From the human T2T-CHM13v2.0 reference genome, Homo sapiens, in assembly GCF_009914755.1 (NCBI RefSeq), contig NC_060937.1: a DNA stretch of 64,000 nt, one strand, 5' to 3'. The translations under genes were made by a program, and so were the position numbers. Position 1 is the first letter of the stretch. Each line of letters starts with the position of its first letter. Shown here in pieces: positions 61,195 through 64,000 of the stretch. The notes beneath the pieces are model-generated. The model was not told the origin of the DNA, did no database searches, and saw only the letters and a program-made list of their open reading frames with translations.

Positions 61195-62570
61195 CCTGTG
61201 TGGCTGTGAAGGTCGCTATATGACTCTGGAGGTAGCTATGTGACTATGGAGGTCTCGTCCCGTGTGGCTGTGGAGTTCGCTGTGTGACTGTGGAGGTCAC
61301 GTCCCATGTGGCTGTGGACATCTTGTCTGTGTGGCTGTGGAGGTTGCTGTGTGACTATGGAGGTCTCGTCCTTTGTGGCTGTGGACGTCTTGTCTATGTG
61401 ACTGTGGAGGTTGCTGTGTGACTGTGGAGGTCGCGTCCCGTGTGGCTGTGGAGGTCACTGTGTGACCATGGAAGTCGCGTTCCGTGTGGCTGTGGAGGTC
61501 GCTGTGTGACTATGGAGGTCTCTCTCGTCCGTGTGGCTATGGAGGTCTGTGTGGGAGTATGGAGGTCACATCCCGTGTGGCTGTGGAGGTCGCTGTGTGA
61601 CTGTGGAGGTTGCTGTGTGACTATGGAGGTCGCTATGTGACTATGGAGGTCGCTGTGTGACTATGGAGGTCTCATCCATGTGGCTGTGGAGGTCTCTGTG
61701 ACCATGGAGGTCACGTCCCATGTGGCCGTGGAGGTCGCTGTGTGACTATGGAGGTCACGTCCCATGTGGCTGTGGAGGTCGCTGTGTGACCATGGAGGTT
61801 ACTGTGTGCCTATGGAGGTCGCTATGTGACTATGGAGGTTGTTGTGTGACTATGGAGGTCTCGTCCATGTGGCTGTGGAGGTCTCTTTGTGACTATGGAG
61901 GTCACGTCCCATGTGGCCGTGGAGGTCTCTGCGTGACTGTGGAGGTCACGTCCCGTGTGGCTGTGGAGATCTCTGTGTGACTATGGAGGTTTCATCCATG
62001 TGGCTCTGAAGGTCTCTGTGTGACTATGGAGGTCGCGTCCCATGTGGCTGTGGAGGTCGCTGTGTGGCTATGGAGGTCGCGTCCCGTGTGGCTGTAGAGG
62101 TCGCTGTGTGACTATGGAGGTCTCGTCTGTGTGGCTGTGGAGGTCGCTGTGTGACTATGGAGGTCGCGTCCCATGTGGCTGTGGAGGTCGCTGTGTGACT
62201 ATGGAGGTCTCGTCCGTGTGGCTGTGGAGGTCGCGTGTGTGACTATGGAGGTCTCGTCCATGTGGCTGTGGCGGTCTCTGTGTGACTATGGAGGTCTCGT
62301 CTGTGTGGCTGTGGAGGTCTTTGGGTGACTATGGTGGTCACGTCCCATGGTCCCATGTGGCTGTGGAGGTCGTGTGTGACTATGGAGGTCTCGTCCACGT
62401 GGCTGTGGAGGTCTTTGTGTGACTATGGAGGTCACGTCCCATGTGGCTGTGGAGGTCGCTGTGTGACTATGGAGGTCTCATCTGTGTGGCTGTGGAGGTC
62501 TTTGTGTGACTATGGAGGTCACGTCCCATGTGGCTGTGGAGGTCTCTGTGTGACTATGGAGGTCATGTCC
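61195..62570. repeat. About 1.4-kb compound minisatellite in CUL4A intron 2 (alternating about 20- and 24-bp units)
   Basis: CGCTGTGTGACTATGGAGGT and CACGTCCCATGTGGCTGTGGAGGT variants. Confidence 0.95.
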
Positions 62571-64000
62571 CACAGCTCCATGGCCTTCCTTGTTCTGTCT
62601 TCCACATCTGAGAGCAGGGATTGCCCTTATCCGCAGTGAGCATTTTGTTTAAGTAGCAGTGAGTTCACTCCAGGCAATGCTTTGACACTATAAATAGACG
62701 TGTATTTGACATTCACACACGTGTCTGTTGAGCTAATACAGACAATCATTTGATGAACCTGCTAGTTAGGAAGTAGCTGTGATGTGAGAAGAGACAGTGC
62801 TGGCTGTAGATATACACCAAATTTCCTCACTTGGCTGTTGATACAAGGAAAGCATCTTGATACTAATAGGAGTAGAATGCAAATGATACTTCTCTACCTC
62901 CGATCATTGGATTACATTCCTTTTCTCTGGGGTGAATCTTTAAAATGCTAATGGCCTGAGTGCACCAACATGAAGCACACAGTACCATCTGATTAGTTGC
63001 TTTATGCATCCAGAGAGGGTATTTCTAAATCTCAAAGTATGATTGAGTGTCAAAAATCCATTTGGGGGAGGGGCAACTCCTGTGTTGTGCTGCTTCTATA
63101 ACAGCACAAAAAAGTCTTCCAGTATGTTCCTGCCAGCAAGGAGTTGGCAGGGCGGGGAGAAACAAAGGCTGTCGCCTTTCCAGTGATGAGTGCCTGTAAT
63201 ATGAAGCCGGGAGTCCTGACTCAGCACCTACAGCAAACCTGGGTTACCCAGGGCTTGCCACTTGTTTTGAGAGGTTCTTAAATTCTTAATTTTAAAAACA
63301 AAGTAAATTGCAGTATGACTCATATGAATAGTAAATGTGCACCAAATAGGACACATAGGAGGCAGAGTGGGTTATAAAATATTTAGTCATTTGCCACAAC
63401 CAGGAAAAGATGGTTTTAAGGATATTGGTTCTTGGTCTAGGAATTAAAACATCCAGAAAATGGTCCTAAGTTACTGTTGATTTTTGCTGAAGAAAATACA
63501 TTTTCTTCATGTGTTATATAAAAAACTTACTTTGTAATAATTATGTTTGTGGGATTCACTAATGTTTAACTACTGGAGCAAAACCTTTGTCGTAAAGTTC
63601 TCTTGGTTGTTTGAGGAGACAAAAGGATGGCAGATCTTTGACCAAATTATGAAGATATGGAATTCAAAGGGATGGAATTGAAGAGTTTGAGAAAGGAGTT
63701 AAAGTAAATACAGAATGTGGGTAGGAATTCCGTTTCTATAGTAAGACAAAATGTAGGGGGAAAGTTTGTATTTCTTTGTTATTATGCTGATAATAAGCTT
63801 GCTAGAAAACAGGATTATAATTAAAAACAGGATTATAATTATTCCACATCCTCTTTTGATCTTTGTAAATATGCATGTATTTTATATGGTAGTAATCACT
63901 GTATGTATTTAACTTTGGTTAATATGTAGCAGCTCTCCGATATTTAGTATTGGAATTATTAATACTTGTGTAAGTATTAGTAAAATGAATAGCTTTATAA

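Noticed and set aside
61440-62639. Cys/Trp-rich repeat ORFs resembling keratin-associated or metallothionein-like peptides
   Set aside because: Minisatellite translations

Overview
Mammalian, almost certainly human, genomic DNA matching the subtelomeric 13q34 PROZ-PCID2-CUL4A locus, identified from protein sequence recall and a human-specific AluYb8. It holds three genes. (1) The complete PROZ gene on + (8 coding exons summing to 1203 nt = 400 aa + stop, plus a 66-nt optional exon with a GC donor). (2) The complete PCID2 gene on - (14 coding exons summing to 1200 nt = 399 aa + stop; intron 4 is a U12-type AT-AC intron). (3) The first two coding exons of CUL4A on +, head-to-head with PCID2 in a shared CpG island. 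The rest is Alu, L1, MaLR-LTR and DNA-transposon remnants plus an unusually high number of minisatellites. I found no new protein-coding system. The best second-look items are: a U2 GT-AG intron nested in the U12 intron of PCID2 (twintron-like, in-frame +54 aa); a PROZ 42-bp VNTR whose unit is a copy of the exon-4 splice acceptor; a 96-bp LTR/Alu chimeric VNTR; a young 5'-truncated AluYb8 with perfect TSDs; a transposon-derived PCID2 poly(A) signal; and a hairpin-seeded minisatellite in CUL4A intron 2. Exon boundaries were checked by frame. Repeat boundaries and subfamily names are approximate by-eye calls.
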